Virus record (IMG/VR): IMGVR_UViG_3300007346_007337
Location: 1-24,258 of that record
DNA length: 24,258 nucleotides
Reading direction: 5' to 3' (one strand)
Origin: a virus
Lineage: Duplodnaviria; Caudoviricetes
Shown piece after piece: positions 16,617 through 24,258 of this stretch. Position 1 is the first letter of the stretch. Every line of letters begins with the position of its first letter. The notes below the pieces were generated by a model. The model saw only the letters and a program-made list of their open reading frames with translations, made no database searches and was not told the origin of the DNA. A program made the position numbers and the translations under genes.

Positions 16617-19037
16617 ATGGCACAGCAGCAACGGGACTTTCTGATCGAGATCGAGGGCGAGAGCGTAGCTTTTACGGGCGCAGGGTCACTGGTGACACCA
16701 GGTTGGGGACAGACTCTGGTAGAGGCCGTGATCACTGCCCCACCTATCATGACCATGGGCGTGAGCCCCTACGACGGCTCTTTCCAGAACGGCGGGCTAA
16801 GCGTCGGTGTCACCGAGGTCAGCGCCTACCTACAGAGCAGGCTCACCGAGCCACGAACGACGCTGACAGCCGACATAAACCGCACGACCACCACTGTCAG
16901 CGTGACAGACACCAGCCTGTTCGCTGCGTCGGGTGTGATCTGGGTGGGACGTGAGGCCATCGCGTACGGTGCGAAGACGGCCTCGGCGTTCACAGGCTGT
17001 ACTCGCGGTTACTACGGGACGACAGCCCAGGAGCACAGCGAGACAGTCAAGCCTGTGAACGGTTCACAAGCGGTGTACGGCTACAACCCCACGTGGTTCG
17101 GGCGAAAAGTGTGGATCAGGATCTTCGACCCCACCGAAGCAGCGCCAGCGCTCACCACAATTGCATCGGGCCGCATTGACGGCGTGTCGTTCGACGGCAC
17201 CGGGTTTGTCCTGTCGCTAATCTCAGTCGCGCAGGACCTCGAGAGGGAGACGATTGCAGCAGGACAGCGGGCCACTGGCCGTCTCAGGTTCGCGAACGTG
17301 CGCGACGAAAAACGCCGTGGCCTGGTGGGTGCGGGTTCGATACCGAAGGACCAGACAGTGGCCAGCGTGTTTGTCGTCGTCGACCGCGAGTCTGAACCGT
17401 TTCAGCGCGACACGACGGCAGCAGCCGGGGTCCTCGCCACTGTGACGAACGCAGCCATCGCAGTGAACGACGAAGTGATCAGCTATCGCCAAACGGCGTA
17501 CCCGGCGATCTCGGCTGTGGTGAACAACGTGTTCACCACGTCACGCGGGCCATCCTACCAGCTCGGCGCTGGCGGTGGCCTGTTCCGCGTCGGTGACTCA
17601 ATCCGATTCACGGACAGCGCGACGTCGGAGATCGTGACGACCACCGTCACCTACATCAACGACCTGGGGTACGTCTACCACGCAGCGACGGGGAAAGCAC
17701 CGGCTGTCGGCTCGTCTGTCACCTCGCCCAACCTACAACTGTTTGCCCAACTCACTCGCGCACAGGTGTCGACGAAGCAGGAGGACCACGCGCACGGGTC
17801 ACCCGTCCAACAGGTCTACGTTCAATCGGGCTCACACGTCGATCTCGTCCTTCAGTTACTGCTCAGCGACAGAGGAGACGGCACCAACGGCGTCTACGAC
17901 GTCCTACCCAGCGGATTCGGGGCAGGGCTTACACTGGCCGACGTCGACGTTGACAGTTTTGCCTCGCTCCGTCCGTTTTCAATCGCACACACCGCGGTGC
18001 TACGTGAGCCAGTTTCGCCAAAATCAGCGCTCCAGGAGCTCGCACACGCGACAGGTGGACGGATCTACGTCAGCACGTCTGGACAAATCACAGCACGCCA
18101 CGATTACGCCCTCTACCCCGACAGTACGAGCCAGCGCACGCTCACGGTCGACGACCTGATCAGCCTGCCAACTTGGGCCATCGAGACGGGGCGCATTTAT
18201 AACCAGTGGACCTGGAAGTTTGAGCGCGACAGAGTTACTACAACCTACTCTGTGGGCGAGAGTGTCGCAGTTCACGGGCCACGCAGTTACCCCGAAGTGT
18301 CGGGCGGTAGAGCGGCACTGTACCCGGCAGCGTCAGCGATCGGCGTTGCACAATTCCTGGCCGTCTCCACGTTGCTACGGTACGGCCAGCCTACGCCAAT
18401 GCTCACCTGTGAGATCCCTGAAAACGAGCTCGACGTGCTCGAGCCGGGGCAGCTCATCCAGGTGACGATTCCACACCTACCGACGCAGACAGGAAGCACC
18501 GGTCTGAACCTGGCATGGTTTGAGGTGGTAGAGTTTTCACCCAGCGGTGAAGCAGTCACGCTGCGACTTTTGAGGCTTCGAGAGCAGGGGCGTGTTGGGC
18601 TGTTTGCCCCAGCCGCACTGGTGGAGAGCGTAGCGGGTTCAGTGATCACGCTACAGCCCGCAGCCGACACATATTTTTCACCAAGCAGGCCACGCGAAGA
18701 GGCACTCGGCGATATCCTGGGCCCTGGCCGCGATGGCCAGGAGGACGTAGATTGGTTTTTGACCAACGACAACGTCCAGATCATCGACGTGTCGACGTTG
18801 GGAGGCACACCCACGACAGTGAGCACCACGATCAGCGCGATCGACTATAACGCCCGTGAGATCGAGGTGGCCGCGCTGCCTGGGTGGCTTGCAGCCGGTG
18901 ACCTGATCAGGCTGGACGATTACGCAGCGGTGGACGGTGGGAGCCGACAGACACAGCGCACACCCTATTTTCTGTGGTGGGCTGACGAACAACCGATTCT
19001 GACAGGTGGTGACGATCCTTACGAGTGGGGGCCCTAA
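16617..19037 (+). CDS. tail tip / baseplate hub protein (806 aa)
   Basis: Second gene after the TMP; hub-like motifs (LQELAHATGGRIYVSTSGQI, LEPGQLIQVT) plus inserted beta-barrel repeats. Confidence 0.7.
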   Translation: MAQQQRDFLIEIEGESVAFTGAGSLVTPGWGQTLVEAVITAPPIMTMGVSPYDGSFQNGGLSVGVTEVSAYLQSRLTEPRTTLTADINRTTTTVSVTDTSLFAASGVIWVGREAIAYGAKTASAFTGCTRGYYGTTAQEHSETVKPVNGSQAVYGYNPTWFGRKVWIRIFDPTEAAPALTTIASGRIDGVSFDGTGFVLSLISVAQDLERETIAAGQRATGRLRFANVRDEKRRGLVGAGSIPKDQTVASVFVVVDRESEPFQRDTTAAAGVLATVTNAAIAVNDEVISYRQTAYPAISAVVNNVFTTSRGPSYQLGAGGGLFRVGDSIRFTDSATSEIVTTTVTYINDLGYVYHAATGKAPAVGSSVTSPNLQLFAQLTRAQVSTKQEDHAHGSPVQQVYVQSGSHVDLVLQLLLSDRGDGTNGVYDVLPSGFGAGLTLADVDVDSFASLRPFSIAHTAVLREPVSPKSALQELAHATGGRIYVSTSGQITARHDYALYPDSTSQRTLTVDDLISLPTWAIETGRIYNQWTWKFERDRVTTTYSVGESVAVHGPRSYPEVSGGRAALYPAASAIGVAQFLAVSTLLRYGQPTPMLTCEIPENELDVLEPGQLIQVTIPHLPTQTGSTGLNLAWFEVVEFSPSGEAVTLRLLRLREQGRVGLFAPAALVESVAGSVITLQPAADTYFSPSRPREEALGDILGPGRDGQEDVDWFLTNDNVQIIDVSTLGGTPTTVSTTISAIDYNAREIEVAALPGWLAAGDLIRLDDYAAVDGGSRQTQRTPYFLWWADEQPILTGGDDPYEWGP

Positions 19038-20452
19038 TGGCGACAGAGCGAGACTGGGACAGCATACCGAACGCGCAGATCCTACCAGGCGCACCCGTGC
19101 AGGCTGAGCAGGGCGAGGGACGAAAACTTTTAGCCCAACTCAACGCACTGGACGAGGCAGCGGCAAACCGCGCAGCACCGGGCGCAACGAGCCAGCAGTA
19201 TTTTGGGCACGATCACGCTTTCGAGGGCGGCGCGCCGATCATCCGTGGGCTGTGCTGGGCAGCAGACGGCGGGCACACGGCGATCAAAGTCTTTGACCCA
19301 ATTGCTGTCGGTACGATCGCGAGCGGGCTGGGTTGGATGAACGCGAGCCCAGGGCTCAACGCCAACGCTAACCAGTCGTATCTAGTCGCGATTCGCTACC
19401 GAGCGACTGGGTGCGACTGGCACCTCCAATTTAACTCTGGCCCAGAGCAGGTGCTCAGTATCATGGACGAAAACGACGTGCCCGTGTGGGTGCAGTTCAC
19501 TGGACGCATACCACAAGTCGACTGGCTTGGGCTTGGTGGCCTCGTCGTCGAACCGCTTGTTGAGCAAGAGCGGGTCGAAGAGTGCCAGCTCGACATTTTT
19601 GCAATCCTGGTGTGGGAGACGTACCAGCAGAGCCAGCCGAAAACAGGGCTGATCGACATGGTGCCACAACCCAGCGGGGAGACAGTCTACAGGTACCCCA
19701 ACGCAGTGCTTGACAGTGAGCTGGTAGCGAACGACGCACCGGTCGACGTTTACACAATAACCAGCGCCATGATGAGGGCCAACGCTCTTTACGAGTTCCT
19801 CACAGACAGGGCAGCGCCAGGCGCAAGCTCACAGCGGATTATTGGTCACGACCACTACAGCGCGGGTCACGGTGGCCGCTCCGTTCCAATGGGCTGCGTT
19901 TACTCAGCACGCACCTACCGCACGACAGCGCCACTTTGGGCCGTACACACCCACTCACAGAACGTCTGGTACTACTGGGACACCGACGCAAGCGCAGGGG
20001 CCAGGAGGACGACAGCAGCGAGCACACCAGCAGGTACGGCGACGACAGACCCGATGTTCTTAACCTATGTCACCTACAACTTCAACAGCTCGGGCAACCC
20101 GCCCACGTCGGCACCGTACGTGGTGGGCTACGTCTACTTTCGACACCAAGCAAAGCCAACGGAGACGATCGAGGTCAGGCTGTACCACATAAACACCGGC
20201 AACCACAGCGCGGTTGCAACGGGGAACGGTGTCAGTGACGAAACGCTGTTTGTGTCAGGCATTCCCTGCACAGCGGGCGTGATCAACCGCTACGCTGTAG
20301 AGGTGCGCTGTACCAGCACCAACAACGTTGACGTCGACATGATGGGGCTGTCGCTGTTTGAGATTGGCGAGAGTGACGGAACGAACCGAACGTACGAGGC
20401 CAGCAACGGTGACACACCGCTCGCAGTGCCGAGCGACCTGGAACGGAGGTAG
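19037..20452 (+). CDS. tail fibre / receptor-binding-like protein with two HxH modules (471 aa; ATG 19037)
   Basis: TAATG overlap with the hub stop; internal duplication NAL.E...RAAPGA.SQ...GHDH. Confidence 0.65.
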   Translation: MATERDWDSIPNAQILPGAPVQAEQGEGRKLLAQLNALDEAAANRAAPGATSQQYFGHDHAFEGGAPIIRGLCWAADGGHTAIKVFDPIAVGTIASGLGWMNASPGLNANANQSYLVAIRYRATGCDWHLQFNSGPEQVLSIMDENDVPVWVQFTGRIPQVDWLGLGGLVVEPLVEQERVEECQLDIFAILVWETYQQSQPKTGLIDMVPQPSGETVYRYPNAVLDSELVANDAPVDVYTITSAMMRANALYEFLTDRAAPGASSQRIIGHDHYSAGHGGRSVPMGCVYSARTYRTTAPLWAVHTHSQNVWYYWDTDASAGARRTTAASTPAGTATTDPMFLTYVTYNFNSSGNPPTSAPYVVGYVYFRHQAKPTETIEVRLYHINTGNHSAVATGNGVSDETLFVSGIPCTAGVINRYAVEVRCTSTNNVDVDMMGLSLFEIGESDGTNRTYEASNGDTPLAVPSDLERR

Positions 20453-20457
20453 AGACA

Positions 20458-21180
20458 GTGGGAGACGTATCACGGAGTCTGAGCATGCTCAGACACGCAA
20501 ACGCCCAGACGGGCGAGCGTGGTAGAGCCGTAGTGATGGGCAAGATCGCCACCACGAGCCACGGGCTACACGAGATCCTAACAGGTGTCGCAGCGCCAGG
20601 CGCGGGCCAACTGGTGTTCCTGCCTCACGAGCACTGCTATGTGGGAACGCCACTGGCCCGAAACGCCCAGTACTGCGCCGATCACGGCCAGCACATTGGG
20701 GTGGGCGAGGGTCTACGCTGGGCGTTCAATAACTCTGTAGACTACTGGACACCGATCGATGGCGGCCAGGATAAGTCCTATGACGTCGGCAGCAACAAGC
20801 GATTCGTTGACTTCCCACCGATGATCCAGGCGTACGCGACACCACGAGTCGACAGTGACAGCACGGCAGTGGGCGCAGGCTCGAACCCGTGTAGATTCCG
20901 CGTGTTCGGGCTCGTCACAGCGCAGTCGGCGACGACGCTGCGCTTCTACAACCGAACGCGCAACGAGGTGAGCGCGACGATCTCGCTACCAGGAGGCTAC
21001 CAGGAGTTCGACAGCACGATCCCGGTCAGCGGTGGCCGCGTGAACGAGATCGACGTCGAAGCGCTCGGAACGACCGGCCAGTACGTCATCATTCACCAGA
21101 TCACAGTCGCAGAGACACGCTCGCTCTCGCAGCCTGAGAGCGCAGGAACCACGCTATACACCACGGCCACCAGGCCCTAA
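20458..21180 (+). CDS. tail protein, single-module paralogue of the preceding gene (240 aa)
   Basis: GGAGGT RBS; LHEILTGVAAPGA...HEH and a C-terminal IPVSGGRVNEIDVE align by eye with the upstream protein. Confidence 0.65.
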   Translation: MGDVSRSLSMLRHANAQTGERGRAVVMGKIATTSHGLHEILTGVAAPGAGQLVFLPHEHCYVGTPLARNAQYCADHGQHIGVGEGLRWAFNNSVDYWTPIDGGQDKSYDVGSNKRFVDFPPMIQAYATPRVDSDSTAVGAGSNPCRFRVFGLVTAQSATTLRFYNRTRNEVSATISLPGGYQEFDSTIPVSGGRVNEIDVEALGTTGQYVIIHQITVAETRSLSQPESAGTTLYTTATRP

Positions 21181-21195
21181 CAGGAGACCACGACG

Positions 21196-21537
21196 ATGGC
21201 GAACTACACAGTGACAGGGCTGAGAGAGAACCAGCCCTTCGAGCACACAACCCAGGAGACGGGCACGAACACGATCAGCGACGTGTTCACGCTGACCACA
21301 CCCGCTAAAATCTCGGATCTACAGTGGATGCTCCCGAGCGGCGACACGCTGACTGTCACGATCGATTTTGAGGGCGACGGGACGCACACTGCCACGCTCT
21401 ACACGTCGACAGCGACCAGCGGGGCAGCGCTCAGCGGGCGCAGCTTCAGGACAGGCGACAAGCTCACCGTGGCGATCACTGGCGGCACCTCGGGCGCGAA
21501 AGCGTACGGACTGCAATTCGAAGCGCACCGCGCGTAA
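21196..21537 (+). CDS. small Thr/Gly-rich beta-sandwich virion protein (113 aa)
   Basis: AGGAG RBS; composition typical of structural proteins; located in the tail-tip cluster. Confidence 0.65.
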   Translation: MANYTVTGLRENQPFEHTTQETGTNTISDVFTLTTPAKISDLQWMLPSGDTLTVTIDFEGDGTHTATLYTSTATSGAALSGRSFRTGDKLTVAITGGTSGAKAYGLQFEAHRA

Positions 21538-21548
21538 GGAGGCACACG

Positions 21549-22238
21549 ATGGGTTTTGCAAACGACACACTCACAGATGGCAGCGTCACAGGCGGCAGCG
21601 GAGGTTATACGCCAGGTCCTGTACTGGTCATGGACGACGAGCTGTCCGGCGCATCGATCGGCGGCGACTGGACGGTTACCACTCCGTCGGATTCGACGAT
21701 CACCGTCGTATCAGACAGAGTCAGACTCCACGCCCCAGCAGGCGGGGACCAGCGCCCCTCTCTGGTCTGGAACGGCAATGTCTTCGGGGTCCGTCCCTGG
21801 TACTGGCGTTTCTACGTGAAACGCCTCACGACCGCCAACCTTGGGACCTTCCTCAGTGTGGGGTTTCGTCGGACAGACGGCCAGACTGAGATCTTTAGCG
21901 CCCTCGCCCTGGGCACGAACACGAAAAAAGAGCTCTGGGGAGTCTCCACCAATGGTCTAAATGACCAATTCATAGAGATCTTCCTGGATGAGTGCTGGGT
22001 CGACTGCTTCTGGAACGCTCGCAAGCTCTACGTTCGGCGTAGCAGTAACGCTCAAAGCAGTGTTCCCGGCCACAACGACTGGACTGATGTTGTGGCTTAT
22101 GACACGCACACAGTGACACGACAGCTCGCTCCTGCTGAGTTCACCATCGAGCTCGGAAAATTCAACGGCAGCACGGTGGAGGCCACCTACGAGATATCAC
22201 GTTTGACGCTTACAGACGGGGGTCCACCCAATGCGTAG
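21549..22238 (+). CDS. putative lectin/ConA-like beta-sandwich tail-associated protein (229 aa)
   Basis: TAAGGAGG RBS; Gly-rich N-terminal linker then an all-beta, Trp-rich domain (DDELSG...WTV..., LYVRRS...DWT). Confidence 0.55.
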   Translation: MGFANDTLTDGSVTGGSGGYTPGPVLVMDDELSGASIGGDWTVTTPSDSTITVVSDRVRLHAPAGGDQRPSLVWNGNVFGVRPWYWRFYVKRLTTANLGTFLSVGFRRTDGQTEIFSALALGTNTKKELWGVSTNGLNDQFIEIFLDECWVDCFWNARKLYVRRSSNAQSSVPGHNDWTDVVAYDTHTVTRQLAPAEFTIELGKFNGSTVEATYEISRLTLTDGGPPNA

Positions 22239-22249
22239 GGGGCACTGAC

Positions 22250-22903
22250 ATGATCGTGGCATCGTGGGCGGCAGTCGTCGGAAAGCTCCTGGATCTGATC
22301 CGGTGGCTTCTCCGTCGTAAACCGCGAGAGGACCGCCCGATCGGCGGTTACACTCCCCAGCAGTCACCCTCTGGCGTGTTCAGCGCGGTGCAACCGTCGT
22401 TCCTGATCAGTTCAGCGCTGTCAGCCGCACTACACAGCACTCCCTCGCTGTGTAGGGTGCTTCTGGCGTACTGCCACGATCACGGCGGGCCAATCGACGA
22501 AAACGAGCATTTGTTCGTCACCGTGCTAGCCGAGCAGGCCACCGCAGAGGCGCAGCGGGCGTCGCGTCACCTGTTCCGGGCGATCCGGCTCGCCAGCAGC
22601 GAGAAACGCGAGCGACTGATCGCGATGGCTCGGAGCGGCGAGGGCTCACAGCTCACCGTCAGGAAGCTGCCAAAAGGCGACCCTCAGCGGGTGTACTACG
22701 AAGCGAACGGCGTGGAGGTGGCTGTGTTGCGTCCCGTGTTCGTCGACGCCGAGAGGCGCTTCCTCTACTACCTGTCGTTCCATTTTTGCGAGCGTGAGGG
22801 TGACCCGTGGCGCGCTCCTGCCGTTCAACAGGTGCTCAACGAGTGCGCGGCCGAGGTGGCCGCGCACGTTCCACAAATCGTGGCGAATCAGGAGGAGGTG
22901 TAG
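22250..22903 (+). CDS. N-terminally anchored protein with a GAF-like domain (possible lysis regulator or holin, 217 aa)
   Basis: Hydrophobic N-terminus followed by RRK; RVLLAYCHDHG...YYEANGVEVAVLRPV...YYLSFHF pattern; first gene of the lysis-like cluster. Confidence 0.5.
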   Translation: MIVASWAAVVGKLLDLIRWLLRRKPREDRPIGGYTPQQSPSGVFSAVQPSFLISSALSAALHSTPSLCRVLLAYCHDHGGPIDENEHLFVTVLAEQATAEAQRASRHLFRAIRLASSEKRERLIAMARSGEGSQLTVRKLPKGDPQRVYYEANGVEVAVLRPVFVDAERRFLYYLSFHFCEREGDPWRAPAVQQVLNECAAEVAAHVPQIVANQEEV

Positions 22904-22904
22904 A

Positions 22905-23222
22905 GTGCAGTGGTTCAGAGATCTGATACGCAGCGACAGCCAGGCCAGCGCGAGCGAGTGGCTGAAAGTCTGCGCGTTCCTGTTTTCCTGTGTGGTGTCG
23001 GGGGCGTGCGTCCATCTGGTGTACGCTGGCACCGTGAAAGGTGACTCGGCGATGTATTTGCTCATCACGCTTGTCGTGACCTACATGTCAGCGAGTGGCC
23101 TTGTGGTGGTGGGCGAGAAATTCCAGGCGTCTGTGGGGAAGCTCGCCGAGGAGAAGACAAAGCGGAGCCCAGCGCCCGAAGCGCCCAAGGCACCGACGAA
23201 AACGAAGACGAAGGGAGGCTGA
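22905..23222 (+). CDS. putative class II holin (2 TM, 105 aa; GTG 22905)
   Basis: GGAGGAGG RBS; two hydrophobic segments and a Lys-rich C-terminal tail. Confidence 0.6.
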   Translation: MQWFRDLIRSDSQASASEWLKVCAFLFSCVVSGACVHLVYAGTVKGDSAMYLLITLVVTYMSASGLVVVGEKFQASVGKLAEEKTKRSPAPEAPKAPTKTKTKGG

Positions 23223-23223
23223 G

Positions 23224-23925
23224 ATGGGCTGGCAGTTATACGCGATCGTGGGCTCGTGTGTCCTGGGTGCGCTAGTGTCGCTCTACGCGATTTTTCGCCC
23301 TCGTGGGCTGGGGCTCTCGAGGGCTGACAGCGACGAGATGATCCGAAACTACGTGAAGCGGCGCCAGGCACAGACGCTGGCCGAGCAGGTGGAGCAGGAG
23401 CAGATTGAGCGCAACGCTCGACAGGCTGAGCTAGACCTACGCGCACTCTCTGAGCGTGAAAAGTCTGTAACGGAGCCGCACGTGGGCCAGACGGACGAGG
23501 AGATCGAGGCAGGCGCACAGGAGGCGCTGTCACGCTGGGAGAAGCTAAATTCGCCGATCTGGGTGTCGTTCGTGGCTCTGTGGTGGGCCTGTGCCAGCCT
23601 GGGAACGGCGAACGCTGAAAAACTCACTACCACCCAGCAGCTAACGAAGGCGCTGAACCAGTGCGCCTCCAAGGTCCAGCGACAGAAAATCGAGAATCGG
23701 CGCACGCTCGCCGACGCAGAGGCACGCTGTGCCCGCCGTGTAGCGACGAGAGACGCAGAAATCATGCTCCTACGTCGCGAGGTGCTCGTGCTCCGAGCCC
23801 GGCCAGCGTACCGAAACCACACACCGCTCGTGGTAGCGGTGACAGTTACCTCCACCGTGGCGGTGCTGGCGATCACAGTCGCAGTGGTCGCGGTGACGTC
23901 ACCCCAACTGTTCAGGAGAGAGTGA
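23224..23925 (+). CDS. membrane coiled-coil protein, spanin-like (233 aa; ATG 23224)
   Basis: GGAGG RBS; N-terminal TM, coiled coil, central hydrophobic segment, second coiled coil with 2 Cys, C-terminal TM. Confidence 0.55.
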   Translation: MGWQLYAIVGSCVLGALVSLYAIFRPRGLGLSRADSDEMIRNYVKRRQAQTLAEQVEQEQIERNARQAELDLRALSEREKSVTEPHVGQTDEEIEAGAQEALSRWEKLNSPIWVSFVALWWACASLGTANAEKLTTTQQLTKALNQCASKVQRQKIENRRTLADAEARCARRVATRDAEIMLLRREVLVLRARPAYRNHTPLVVAVTVTSTVAVLAITVAVVAVTSPQLFRRE

Positions 23926-23926
23926 C

Positions 23927-24258
23927 GTGATGATCTACGCACAGGTGATACGAGACAGCAGCCAGCCCAAGGGCCCTGGCAAGATCCAACTGGTGAGCGA
24001 GGGTGACCAGGTACTGGGCGAGTGGTCAGTGATCACGGGCTCGGCAAACCGGCTCGACCCAAAGGAGTACGGGGGGCTGACACCGCCGATCACGTGGCGC
24101 ATGGTGGAGGCCATCGAGTCGCGGAAACACCCGAAAGGCCACACACTGTCGATGGCGCGGATTTTTCCGGTGGATCGTGACGACATGGCCACCTACAACC
24201 GGCGCACGTTCGCCCTCGACGATTGGCCGTTCATGATCCACGCGGCAGGCACCAGCAC
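23927..24258 (+). CDS. L,D-transpeptidase-fold (Tlde1/DUF2778-like) protein, candidate endolysin; truncated by the window end, not in the ORF track
   Basis: AGGAG RBS, GTG 23927 or ATG 23930; frame open to the edge: MIYAQVIRD...GEWSVITG...GGLTPP...WPFMIHAAGTST. Confidence 0.55.
   Translation, partial: MMIYAQVIRDSSQPKGPGKIQLVSEGDQVLGEWSVITGSANRLDPKEYGGLTPPITWRMVEAIESRKHPKGHTLSMARIFPVDRDDMATYNRRTFALDDWPFMIHAAGTS

Noticed and set aside
19037-22238. Diversity-generating retroelement target in the tail-tip genes
   Set aside because: No reverse transcriptase and no long near-identical TR/VR pair seen; the module similarity is protein-level and old
1-24258. Stop-codon reassignment or introns/inteins in core genes
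   Set aside because: TerL, portal, MCP and TMP are intact at normal sizes under the standard code, all three stop codons end genes, and no intein or homing-nuclease motifs were seen

Overview
The window is a continuous, + strand, tightly coupled block of a GC-rich tailed dsDNA phage or prophage (Caudoviricetes, long non-contractile tail type). It opens with the end of a non-structural region: three small ORFs linked by a repeated junction cassette, a beta-class DNA methyltransferase and an SH3-like ORF. A palindrome-rich intergenic site follows, then the late operon: TerS, TerL, portal, Mu gpF-like minor head protein, tail-completion-like protein, scaffold, major capsid, decoration protein, HTH protein, head-tail adaptor, tail terminator, major tail protein, tail chaperone G/GT with a G-GGA-AAC -1 frameshift, tape measure, Dit/hub and several tail-tip proteins. 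It ends in an atypical lysis-like cassette: a GAF-like protein, a 2-TM holin, a 3-hydrophobic-segment spanin-like protein and a Tlde1/L,D-transpeptidase-like ORF cut by the window edge. No rRNA, tRNA, CRISPR, integrase or transposase was recognised. All product calls come from motifs and synteny read by eye; no database search was run.
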